Below, piece by piece: positions 1 to 10,469 of a stretch of 64,000 bases of DNA (positions are counted from its first letter, which is position 1; the number at the start of each line of letters is the position of its first letter). The translations under genes and the position numbers were made by a program. The stretch covers positions 108,936,001 through 109,000,000 of the forward strand of contig NC_086097.1 of the NCBI RefSeq assembly GCF_963921235.1, read 5' to 3'. The DNA is from Mobula hypostoma (lineage: Eukaryota). The notes below the pieces were generated by a model. That model worked only from the letters and a program-made list of their open reading frames with translations. It did no database searches and was not told the origin of the DNA.

Positions 1-1099
1 AGTCTCCATTGCATCACTTTTATGCTAAGTATTTTATTAGGTAACACTGAAACCATACACAACCTCCAGGTGCAGAATCCCCAAAGTTGTACGTAATTAG
101 AGTAAGACATTCTTACTCAGACCTCTGATACATATTATTTGTTTTCATTATTGCTTGTGCATTGGCTTTTAGTAAGTTGCATACAGGGTCACCTAAGTCA
201 CTTTAAACATCAACATTTTAACATTTATAAAAGAGTTCAGTTTTCCATTTTATGCATCATTTTGGGTGACTTCAGCTATTTTCCCTATTATATTTGATAT
301 AATATTCTGTCTTACCCATTGATGCAGTTTCTCTATATCACCTTGAAACCTCTTTATATCAGCCTTCCTACCCAGAGCAGCATCTTATTTTGCACTAAGG
401 TTGTGAATCTTCAGAATTCTTTGTCCAAGAGCACTACTGAGGTTCAGTTGCTGAAGGTATTCAAGGTTGAGTTAATCTTGGATATCAAAGTGATATTGAG
501 TGTGTGGAGCAATCTCCTGCCAAGGTCAAAAATGAGACTTAACCTTATTTATGTGCTCTGGATGATTGTAACATATAAAAAGCTGGAGGAACTCAATGGG
601 TCAGGTTACATTCATGGAAGGAAAGACAGAGATGACATTTCATATTTCATTTGGCCTGATGGAGATTGCAGTGGAGGGAAGGGGTGGGGCAATAGCCTGG
701 AGGTGATAGGTGGATCCAGGTGAGTGGAATGATAGGCAGGTGGAGGAGGGGAGAGTGGGAGTCTGTTGCTCCAAATTCCAGTATATGCAGTTTCTTTTGA
801 GTCTCTTGGATCTGGTACCCTACTAAACACTCAGAGAATACTGATGGAAATACACAATATGCTACTTAACTTCTGGTTTCCTAACATCCATTTGAATGCA
901 GTAATTTCAAAATACCTTTAAAATGGATGTAAAATTGGAATTGTGAATTCTGGGATGTTTGAGAGCCAGGTTTTGTCTTTCTGGTACAAATGTTACTCAT
1001 TTTTTTTCAATATTTCCATGATTTCAAACCTGATGTAGAGCAGATGTAGAATAATATCGGGTAAAGCCGCGTTCACAGTTGCCAGTCTGAGAAGAGAAA

Positions 1100-1249
1100 T
1101 TAAAGAAAAGTACAACTATTAGCAATAATAATTCACGTTGTTCGCCTGCAAATTTTCACCGCAGCCCACCCAGAACAGCTGAAAAATTGGATGAAAATGC
1201 AACCCAGCAGTGAATTGTTGAAGAATTTAAAACTAATAACAAATTGCAG
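1100..1249 (+). other. Candidate upstream non-coding exon of pde1c (start uncertain)
   Basis: Perfect donor CAG|GTAAGT at 1249/1250 in CpG-rich unique sequence; possible acceptor 2 nt before the ATG at 2725. Confidence 0.35.
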
Positions 1250-1335
1250 GTAAGTGTTTAAGTAGACTACACCACTTCATTGTGGATTTTTTTTTCCACG
1301 ATCAAACACATCGTTACCCCGGTGGGGCATGTAAG

Positions 1336-1338
<3 letters not shown>

Positions 1339-1370
<32 letters not shown>

Positions 1371-1848
1371 CGATGGTTGTTCGTCGTAGCCGAAGATGAT
1401 TGAAATCTGTGCGGGAGAGTTTTTAAAGTGGAAAAGCCATTTCACTGGAGCAGTTCCACTCTCTCGGCCTCAGGAGTCCGGGTTCAGTGGTACGACTGGT
1501 CGCCACCACTGGGGTTCTTCCTTGGTCGTAGTGGATGATTTTGATTTCATTTGTGCCTTGTCATGCTCCTCGCTCTCCACGGAGCGTTGCAATGCCGCCT
1601 TCCTGGGCTTTGGATCTCACTGTAGATCTCATCCGCCCAGTCTGCTGGAGTTGGCTTTACCGGGGTGTGAAACCCACCAGCTACCCTCACCTGGTTCAGT
1701 GCACCTGTCGAAGCGGTGTATCGGAGTGTGGCCGCTGTCGCTAATTGGAGCCGTAGGTGAGAGCTGAGTGGCCGGCGGGAACCAAAGGCGAGTGAGCTGC
1801 CCCAAATTGGACACGGCAAGCTACCCCTCCCTGGACACCCCATATGCC
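1339..1848 (-). mobile_element. Non-autonomous retroposon (RTE/Vingi-like) ending in a (CA)n tail
   Basis: GC-rich block of about 480 bp sharply bounded by AT-rich DNA, with (TG)n at 1339-1368 on the + strand. The family call is tentative. Confidence 0.45.
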
Positions 1849-1949
1849 CCTATTATATTCAATAAAATAGGAACGGACGTGTGAATGTAGCCTTTACAGC
1901 TTCTGTGGTATGAAGTCCACGAATCAAAATCACATCGGTTTAGGTTCAG

Positions 1950-1967
1950 TACTGCCACCTGCTGCTG
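1950..1967 (-). promoter_or_regulatory. Candidate CTCF site
   Basis: The minus strand reads GCAGCAGGTGGCAGTA, close to the CTCF core consensus; motif match only. Confidence 0.4.
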
Positions 1968-2724
1968 GCAAGAATAGTTGTCCGCTGTTCATACTTTCTC
2001 CGATACAGAAATGTTAAAATGATTTCATGTTTTTGCATTCTATTTGTCCTTTCAAGAAAATTGACATAAATACGGGTTTACTCATAAACGGATATTTTCT
2101 GTTTTACATATGAGAAAAAAACGCAGCGCACCCGGATGTAGTATGTTGTTTTAAAAAAAATCTAAACTCTAGAAAATTCACGGATTCTTTTTTAAATTAT
2201 TCAGCAAGATTCTATAGCAAACAATTCGGCTAATTTCAGTTGGAATTGATTAATCTCTCTTTCCTCCCGGTGCTTTACGTGTGTGATCACGGATTAGCCG
2301 AACATCTCCACTGTACCTACACTCGATCCGGAGTTCCGCAAGTGTTGCAATGAGTCTGGGACAAAAAAACCGACGAAGCCGCGCATGTGCTACCCCGCCC
2401 TCCCACTCAGTTATTACTAGGGTTTAGGTTGAAGAGCCTTCAGCCGCTTTTGCTGATTGCAAAGCTGGTTTATGACAATTATCACTCCTGCATTTGGACG
2501 CAAAGCACCACCAACATAATTTCTGAACCAATGCAAACTGCGACAGTTTCCTTCAAACATGTACTACGAGACTTAAATATTAATGTACGTTCAGTCTGAA
2601 CGGCATTAGTCGGTGCTTTGCAGCGTTAAAGTTCCAAAGATTTCCATTTTCTGTGGACAAAATGATAGCCTCTCCTAAGCAGCTTTAAAGTTTAGAAATT
2701 TACTCATACCTTGAAGTTTAAGGC

Positions 2725-2825
2725 ATGGAATCACCAACTAAGGAAATTGAAGAGTTTGAGAGCAACTCCCTGAAATACCTGCAACCAGAGCAAATAGAGA
2801 AAATATGGCTGCGGCTAAGAGGACT
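2725..2825 (+). CDS. pde1c: Phosphodiesterase 1C, first coding exon (MESPTKEIEEFESNSLKYLQPEQIEKIWLRLRGL, phase-2 end)
   Basis: ATG at 2725; manual translation matches the vertebrate PDE1C N-terminus as I recall it. The 101 nt end at CT|gtaagt, a canonical donor. A possible acceptor (tttaag|GC ATG) lies just upstream. Confidence 0.96.
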
Positions 2826-3399
2826 GTAAGTATAACATGACTTTTTAGTAATACTTAATCCTCCCCAAATGGCATTGACAAAATACCATTTGTTTACAAG
2901 TAACTAACATGCCTATCGTCTTTAATAATGTATGAATCTGTGTTTTTTAAAATTTTACTTTTCATACTTTCCCATTTACTGAGATTGTGTTTGGAACATC
3001 AATATTGCTCAGTTAGTTGTAGCATGGCATCTGGAGACAGCCACCTGTTCCATGCGTGAGAAATGTTTCGCTAATGAAACCGCTTTTACATTTGGATGCG
3101 ATCGGAAGATCAGCGCTTTTCATTTACCCTTTCGTCAGAGAATGGCATTTCTGCCTTGGGTTTGTTAACCAGAGTGCTTAAACACCAGAAGACCAAAATA
3201 ACCCTGCGAAAATATATCTACGGGGTAACAGTGACAGAATTGACTTTAATCTGATAGAGTATGCATATAGCTCATGGGATCTTCTACCGTGAATTAAATT
3301 TAACCTTCACTGTTTCTAAAACTGTTTGAAGCGTTTTGTGATGGGACGGATTACAAATTCCCATTGCCTTCTAGCCAGTTTGTAGCGTATCATGATGTT

Positions 3400-3700
3400 A
3401 ACGGCCGTGCTGTCTGGCAGTCTTTCATGTTCCTTTAACGTTGATTGAATTCGGCCTCCCGCATTTTGAGGCGGTGGATACGGTTAAGTACTTCGAAGAG
3501 GGATGTAGAAACTGGATATTGAGCTGAGGGGATATTAGTTTGCCCCCGAGCTATAACCTTGTTGAGACATTTTGCAGAGGGACATTTTGGATGCTTCGGC
3601 ATAGAGGGCTGTTGACCAACTGCCGGGCGATGAGGTTAATACGGAAGGGTGCCCACTGGTCGGCGTGGACGAGTTGAGTCGAGGGTTTGCGCCAAGAGAG
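3400..3700 (+). mobile_element. Old CR1 LINE 3'-end relic
   Basis: Degenerate CR1 3' motifs (gaggcggtggatacgg; ggtcggcgtggacgagttgagtcgaggg). Confidence 0.45.
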
Positions 3701-4463
3701 GGTGTTGACATCTATTAACCTGCTGGTGGAATCGCTACGAAGTCAGATTGGAAAACCCGTATCGATCACTTGATTGAGATCGGATAGATAACATAACAAT
3801 TCGTTTCTGCAGTTCGAGCAACAATATATTCAGTGGCTTTACCAAAAGTGCAGACTCGCTCGCTCAATGGTTATTGTTTTAACCCATTGTTGCATTATCA
3901 ATATTTAATCCTGTGTGAGTAATAATTGTGCCGAGCTCTGCGATGCTTCACTAATCACAAGATTGCAATCGCCAATCACTTAAACACCGTTTGGATAGCG
4001 GCCAGTTATTTTAACGCAACCGGACGGAACATTAAAACCCTACGGAATGGCAAACTCAACACACTGGTCTGTTTTGAATTGTTAATTTGTTTAGTGCAAG
4101 TGGCAAAATACGCTCGTCCCGTAAAGCTTTTGTAAGCAACTATAAAGATGGTGTTTCCTTGGGAATTTTGCAAACTTTATCGAATCGGGAGTTGCGCAGA
4201 TTAAATGTAGAACTTTCAGCTTTTGTGATTTATCGCCACATTATTATATTGAGTTATGTCAATCCTGATTTAAAATGTGAAGACCGAAGAGACTGGAGCT
4301 GCAGTAATAAAGAACGCTGGTTGAACTCAGTGGGTCAGCTCAGTGCAGACAAGATGTAAGTCGTTGTTTGGGATTGAGACTGCGTCAGGACCGAGAAAGA
4401 ACAGGAAAAATAAACTGGCGAGGGAGGAGACAGACACCCGTAGGTGACAGGCGGAGTTAGATC

Positions 4464-4523
4464 AGACACACACACACGCACACACACACTCACACACACA
4501 TTCACACCAGACAGACACACACA

Positions 4524-4572
<49 letters not shown>

Positions 4573-4753
4573 ACATTCACACACAGACACAAACACAGAC
4601 ACATACACACTCACACATTCACACACACACATTCACACACATACACAGACACAGACACACACACACACACAGGCACTCACACACAGACACACACACACAC
4701 ATTCACACACAGACACACACACACACACTCCCACACACACACACACACACATT

Positions 4754-4784
<31 letters not shown>

Positions 4785-5021
4785 ACATTCACACACAGAC
4801 ACAGACACACACACTCACACATTCACACACACATTCACACACAGACACACACACACACACATTCACACACACTCACACACACACTCTCACACACACACTC
4901 ACTCACACTCACACACACACTCTCACACTCACACACTCACACACACACACTCACACACACACTCTCACACACACACACTCACACTCACACACACACACAC
5001 ACACTCTCACACACATACACT

Positions 5022-5064
<43 letters not shown>

Positions 5065-5069
5065 TCCAC
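4464..5069. repeat. Compound (CA)n microsatellite of about 600 bp
   Basis: CA repeats interrupted by CT, GA and TT variants, seen directly. Confidence 0.98.
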
Positions 5070-5511
5070 AGATGCAGAGTAACATGTATAAAAATACTGC
5101 AGGTAATCAGCAGGTCTGGCATTACAGTATCTGAAAAGGATTAAAGATTCCATGTTTTGGCCAAGACTCTTTATCGATCATTACAGAATGTTTCACAGGT
5201 GCTTCTCGCTCCCTCCCCTCTCCCTTCCCCCTTCCCACTCTCAGTCCACAAGAAAACCAGATCAGAATTGGGTTTCTTATCTTAGGTACGCTAGCTGTGT
5301 ATACATGAGCTTACGACGTTTGCACAGCACTGTGTATACTGGCTGGCTTTACTTCTCAGTCATGAGAAGGAAAAGCTCTTAACCTGAAACACTGACATAC
5401 ACTTTGTACCTCCATAGATGCTGCTTAGCCTACTGAGTTCTTCCTGTGATTTGTTTGCTGATCTACTGTGTGATGCATTTTTCTTAAGGTCACTAAGCTG
5501 GATAGATGGTC

Positions 5512-6168
5512 TCAAAGGCTTCAAAGTTTCATTTACTATCAAAGTATACAACTCTGAAATTCTTCTTCTCCAGATGGTCACGAAACCAAGAAGGAAAAGA
5601 ATGGCGGCATGATCATCAATCCCCAAAACCCTCCTCCCCACTCAAAAAAAGGAACAAGAACAGAACAGGCATATCAACCCCCAAAGGCCCCCTCTCCCAC
5701 ACACAGAAAAATGAGTAAGTTCGGGCAAAAAACACAGAATACAAAAAAAACCCATAACACTGAAAAAAAGTCCACAGTCCAAGTGCACATCCAAAATGCA
5801 GAAAATCTGGGCAACATTCTCTCTCACCAGCAATAAAAAGGCAGTCAGCTGGCATTTCAATCTCCCTCATCACTTTAATTGGCAAACAATGGAAGCCATA
5901 ATCAGCAAATTGGAGTGAAATATCAGCTCGTAGCCTTCTCGCCACGAGGTTCCAGCCTCGGCCTCCAGGAATCCCCTCAGAGACTGCAGAGCACTGAAAC
6001 ACCCAAACAATTCCCAAACTGCATATTATATGTTCCAACAGTTCCAGAATCACATTCAAAATGAAAAACAAACGTAAGAAACATAAAAGAAGAGAAATGT
6101 CTGATTTCATGATCTATCCAGAGGATGTCGACCTAAAGAGCATTGCACACAGGCGCTATCTTGACCAG
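5512..6168 (-). mobile_element. Non-autonomous retroposon with a Rex1/Babar-type 3' tail
   Basis: On the minus strand it starts with a caagatagcgcc (caagatggcg-like) head and ends in a (ctttgaa)-type tail. A related copy lies near 49530-49900. Confidence 0.45.
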
Positions 6169-6449
6169 AGGACCAGAAGTGCCTGAGCTATTAAATATAT
6201 CTAGTATTTTCTTATTTTTTAATATATTTATCCTTCAGTTATTCTTTGAACATTTAAGTTTTCAATTATAAAGATAATTTTATTTCTTTAAGTATTAAAG
6301 AATGGAATTATCCTGTTGATCTAAAAGATATCAGCGATTTCCATTTGAAATGTTTGTGGAACTTTCGAACATTTCCAAGGTATTCCAATATCATATTCCC
6401 AATCCTCCTGATATTACAGAACTGAGGTGGAATTGTGACTGGGAATTAG

Positions 6450-7200
6450 GATGCTTCAAGGGAATGCTTCAGACAATTTGACTGCCTGGGTAAGAAAATG
6501 GCAATTAGCTAGAATATGGAGAAGTTGCAATGTGGAGACATATTGGGATATATTGTTCAAAGGAACCAGATACTCCTGTAAACAAGTCACTAAAATCCAG
6601 AAAATGATTAGGAAGGCAAATGTTTTCTTGGCCTTTTGTTGAAAGTGGGGTTGAATGCAAAGCTTATGTCACCCTATTGCAATCATATAGGGCCTTTTAT
6701 ATTAGGTGCAGCTTGGACTATAAAATATTGTTTTCATCTCCTTGCATAAAACAATTCTTGCAATAGAGGAAGTGCAGTAAGGAAGTTCCCGGGATAGCGG
6801 GTTTGCTGTCTGTGGAGAGACTCATGGATTCTCCCGAGTTGAGAAGAATGAGACACGATTTCATTGAAGCTTGCAGAAGTCTCACAGGGCTCAATAGACT
6901 GGATGCAAGTGGCACATATCTCTTAGTTGAGTTCTAGAACCAGGAGCTACAGTGTCAGAGCAAAGGGGTAAGCAATTTGTGACTGAAGTGAGGTATTTCT
7001 TCATGCTGAGGATTGTGAAGTTTTGGCCTGGAGGGGTACAGAGGCTCAGTCATGGAGTTCTTTCAATGTAGAAGTGGTAGGTTTATGGATACTTGAATGA
7101 GTGGGAAATTGCCAGAGAGGTAGAAAAATAGCCATGATGTTAATGAACAGTGAAGCGGGCAATGTTCAAAATGTCCCACTCCAGTTCCTGTTTCTTAATG
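6450..7200 (+). mobile_element. Old CR1 LINE 3' portion
   Basis: Degenerate RT C-terminal motifs (KWQL; IRKAN..LAF) followed by a CR1 3' UTR. Confidence 0.7.
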
Positions 7201-7479
7201 AAGACAATAACGAAGGGACAGCAAGCAGATTCCGAAAATTAAAATTGGAGAAGGTTTTGGTAAAGACCTTTCACCTGTAGTGGGAAACTCGAACATTTGA
7301 CTCAACAGGGCAGAATCAGGTCACTATTTAGAATTGTAAAGAATGTCTTCATTTTTGTTTTTTCCTTGGTGTCTAAAGAACATTCAGATGATACAATTTT
7401 TATTTGTACATTAATAAAATTACAAGCACATAAAATATTCCATTATCCTGATTCATGTTATTTTGTTTCTTTCCCTTAG

Positions 7480-7506
7480 GAGAAAATATAAGAAAACTTC
7501 CCAGAG
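7480..7506 (+). CDS. pde1c: PDE1C 27-nt micro-exon, (L)RKYKKTSQ(R)
   Basis: Polypyrimidine tract ttttgtttctttcccttag|GAGAAAATATAAGAAAACTTCCCAGAG|gtaagt. It continues exon 1 in frame and gives the PDE1C-specific RKYKKTSQR segment. Confidence 0.95.
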
Positions 7507-8039
7507 GTAAGTGTGCCTGAACAGAAATTCTTGACTGTTACATCCATCCGTAATGTTCTTGTTGACGTAAATTAAAATGCTCCCAGACTGATGGTTTTCT
7601 TCTAAAATTTTCTAAGTCCCTGCAAGGTGAAAGTCAGCAATCACACATAATCTTCTTTTCCTTCTTGGGCTCTTAACTCCCGGTGGAGCATACGCCATCA
7701 GTGACCTCTGTACGGTTGAAGTTCATCAACGTTTCACCTGTATGGGGGTTGACCTACACAGCTTCACCAGAGCCCTGTTGGCCAGCCTTGCCCATTTCCA
7801 CCTCTTACAACAGGGATGTAGGGTTGGAGTTCGAGAGGTAATTACAAATAATGCATCTAAAGAAAACTAATGCACAAGTTTAATGACAGGAGGAAATTTT
7901 GGTCTGAATGTAAGAACCCATCAAGTTTGCACGGATTATCAACTGTCCATTAACAATAATTTAATCTTATATTTTTGTCTTCTCCCCATATTTTCATTGA
8001 CTATTCTCAGGATTCTGCCACTCTTCTATACACTGGGGA

Positions 8040-8235
8040 CAAGTGACAGTGGTCAATTTACCTACTATCTAACTAACCTACACACCTTTAAGAGGTAGGA
8101 GGAAAGCAGTGGCTCCTTGAAGAAACCTCTATGGCCACGTGGAGAGTGTGAAAACTCCATACAGTCAACACCCATGGTCAGGATTGAACTGGAATCTCTG
8201 GCACTGTGAGGCAGCTGCTCTACTAACAGTGCCCT
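8040..8235 (-). mobile_element. tRNA-derived V-type SINE fragment
   Basis: Reverse complement of a SINE head and core similar to the copy at 36877. Confidence 0.55.
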
Positions 8236-9129
8236 TGTCAAGTCTGCGATGGAGTGTTGGACTGTAGGGGAGTTAATTGTCTCAGGGAACAAGTGAGAAA
8301 GAGGAGCAAGGACCAAGGTCAGATCAGCCATGATCTCATTGAACCTCAAATCAGCTTAAGTCGACACATGACCTGCTGTTTCTGATTCTTAGTTAAAGGA
8401 GAAGGTGGTAAATGTAGCTATAGAGTTGCTGCTGCACCGGCTATATGTTATTGAAAACGAGGTGAATGTAACCCCAGCTGTCTGAAGCCAATGCTTTAGT
8501 GCAGATCATGAGACCACATGGTGGTACCCTGAGTGTTTTATGAAGTCTGGAATCGGTGTTACCTGGGGCAGCCTGCTGTTGATAACTCCCTTGTGGCATG
8601 ATGGGTTATAGGGTTCCCATAAAGGTATATTAATGCAGGTTAAAAGGTGACTTACTACAGAAGCCGGGTTGTTTCTGAAAAAAACCACAGTGGTAGAGTG
8701 ACAGCATGATAACTTTTTTCTCATCTGGAGTATCAGTAGTAAATGAATTAACGTCCTAGTAGAATTGTGCAATTGCATTTAGATTGTATCTGAATGATAT
8801 TCTTCATGCTTTGCTGGTTGAGAAGTATTTTCCATTCAAAAGCATGGTTGAAGAACCACAGGTAAGTAGAAAGAGATCCACCTGCTTGAAGCATTTTGTT
8901 GCTTAGCTCCAGTGCTGTCTATTTGCACTCTTTCGTTAGAAGGTCTAGAAACTGAGGTGGCAGTCAAGGTATGATATAAGACCAGAAGTGGTACAAAGCT
9001 GGAGCTGGAGAAGACCAGTCAGTCCATGAGGTTGCCTCTTCCTTCTATAAGAGTCTGGCTGAGTCAATCTTAGTTTCAACAATTGTTTACTGTCCCTGTT
9101 CTCTCTCATATCCTGGACTTCTTTCCAGC

Positions 9130-10120
9130 TTAAATGTCTGTCCCTCTCTGCCTTGAACATGCAGTGTACTTAAAAATTCCACCTCCCACAAATCCCAGGC
9201 CTGCAGGATTCTGAAGCTTTATTGTGCTCTAAGAAAAGAAGTCCCTTCTGTTTTCCATCAGAAATGGGCAGTTGCCTAATGTGAAACTATGCCCTCTGTT
9301 TCTGGATAAATCCTACTAGGCAAATCATTCTCTCTGTATCTACCCTGTCAGTTTCCCTCTTTTGCATCTCATTTTTCACAAAGATCATCTCATTTTGCTA
9401 TGCTGTTATGAGTATAGGCTCAACTGTTCTTCGTATATCAAAACCTTTATACCAGCAACCAATCTTGTGAACCTCCTCTGCTTTGCCTCTAATGCAAGCA
9501 CATCCTTCCCTCAATATGGACAACAAAACTTTGCATGGTAGTTGGGGATTGTCTCGCCACTGTCATGTAAACTTGCATCAGGACTTCTCTGCTTTTATAT
9601 TTCCTGCCTCTTGGAATAAAGGCCAACATTCTATTAACCTTCTGACTAACTTCATGAATTTCGTGCATATGGGCTCTTCAATGTCTTGGTACCACATCAT
9701 TTATAGTCTCACTTCTTTTAAATAATAAGTTGAATTTTCTTTCATTTTCTCAACTTCATATTTTTCTACATCATACTCCATCTTACAACTGTTTGCCCAC
9801 TCACTTAACCCTATATCCCTGAGGAGACTCTGCAGGTTCGTCACAACTTGCTAACCCAACTATTTTTGCGTCATCAACCAGTTTGGCCAGAACATTCAGT
9901 CTGTTCATCAAATCAAGAGATTATAATTAGTTGAGGACGCACCTCTAATTTTCTGTGACATTAATTACTGAGTGCCAATCTGGAAATTACCATTCAATCT
10001 GACTCAGTTTTCTTGTAGTTAGTCAGTTATGCTAATGTACGGCCCCTAACCACATGAGCTCTTATGCAATGCAGCAAATTTTCAGGAGGCGCCTTACCAA
10101 GTACTTCCTGGAAGTTCAGT
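9130..10120 (-). mobile_element. Old CR1 LINE fragment
   Basis: Reverse-complement similarity to the CR1 RT and 3' region seen elsewhere in the window. Confidence 0.65.
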
Positions 10121-10469
10121 ATGTTAGTACGTTCATAGCAACAATCTTTGGGACTTTTTGGGTCAAAATTAGCTTCATGACTTATCTATAAACGTGGAAG
10201 CACCAAACTTGCAGGCAATGTTCTTTCACAGTTTCTTAGCTACATGACCTCTATGTGGAGTTCAAGAATGGACCCAGAATTGCTACAGTTCCTCATTACA
10301 GGGGGAGCTGCTCTTGGACCCTGGCACATAATCTATGCGTCCTGCTGCAGCACTGAGTTGCCAGTACTCTTGAATTCATAAACAAATAATTGATTTTAAG
10401 TTTTCAATTCTTAATTTGAACTGTCTTGAATAATTGTGGATGCCTTCAAAGTTTTACGGACAAATATAG

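Larger units (their letters stand above)
1050..4330. promoter_or_regulatory. CpG-enriched promoter / 5' region of pde1c
   Basis: CpG density is visibly higher than in the rest of the window and surrounds the first coding exon; the sequence is mostly non-repetitive. Confidence 0.6.

Noticed and set aside
4444..5082. 212-aa His/Thr-rich ORF and the antisense Cys/Val ORF
   Set aside because: These are translations of a (CA)n microsatellite, with no splice or coding evidence.
5360..6110. Cluster of overlapping ORFs on both strands
   Set aside because: They lie within a low-complexity non-autonomous repeat and show no recognisable domain.
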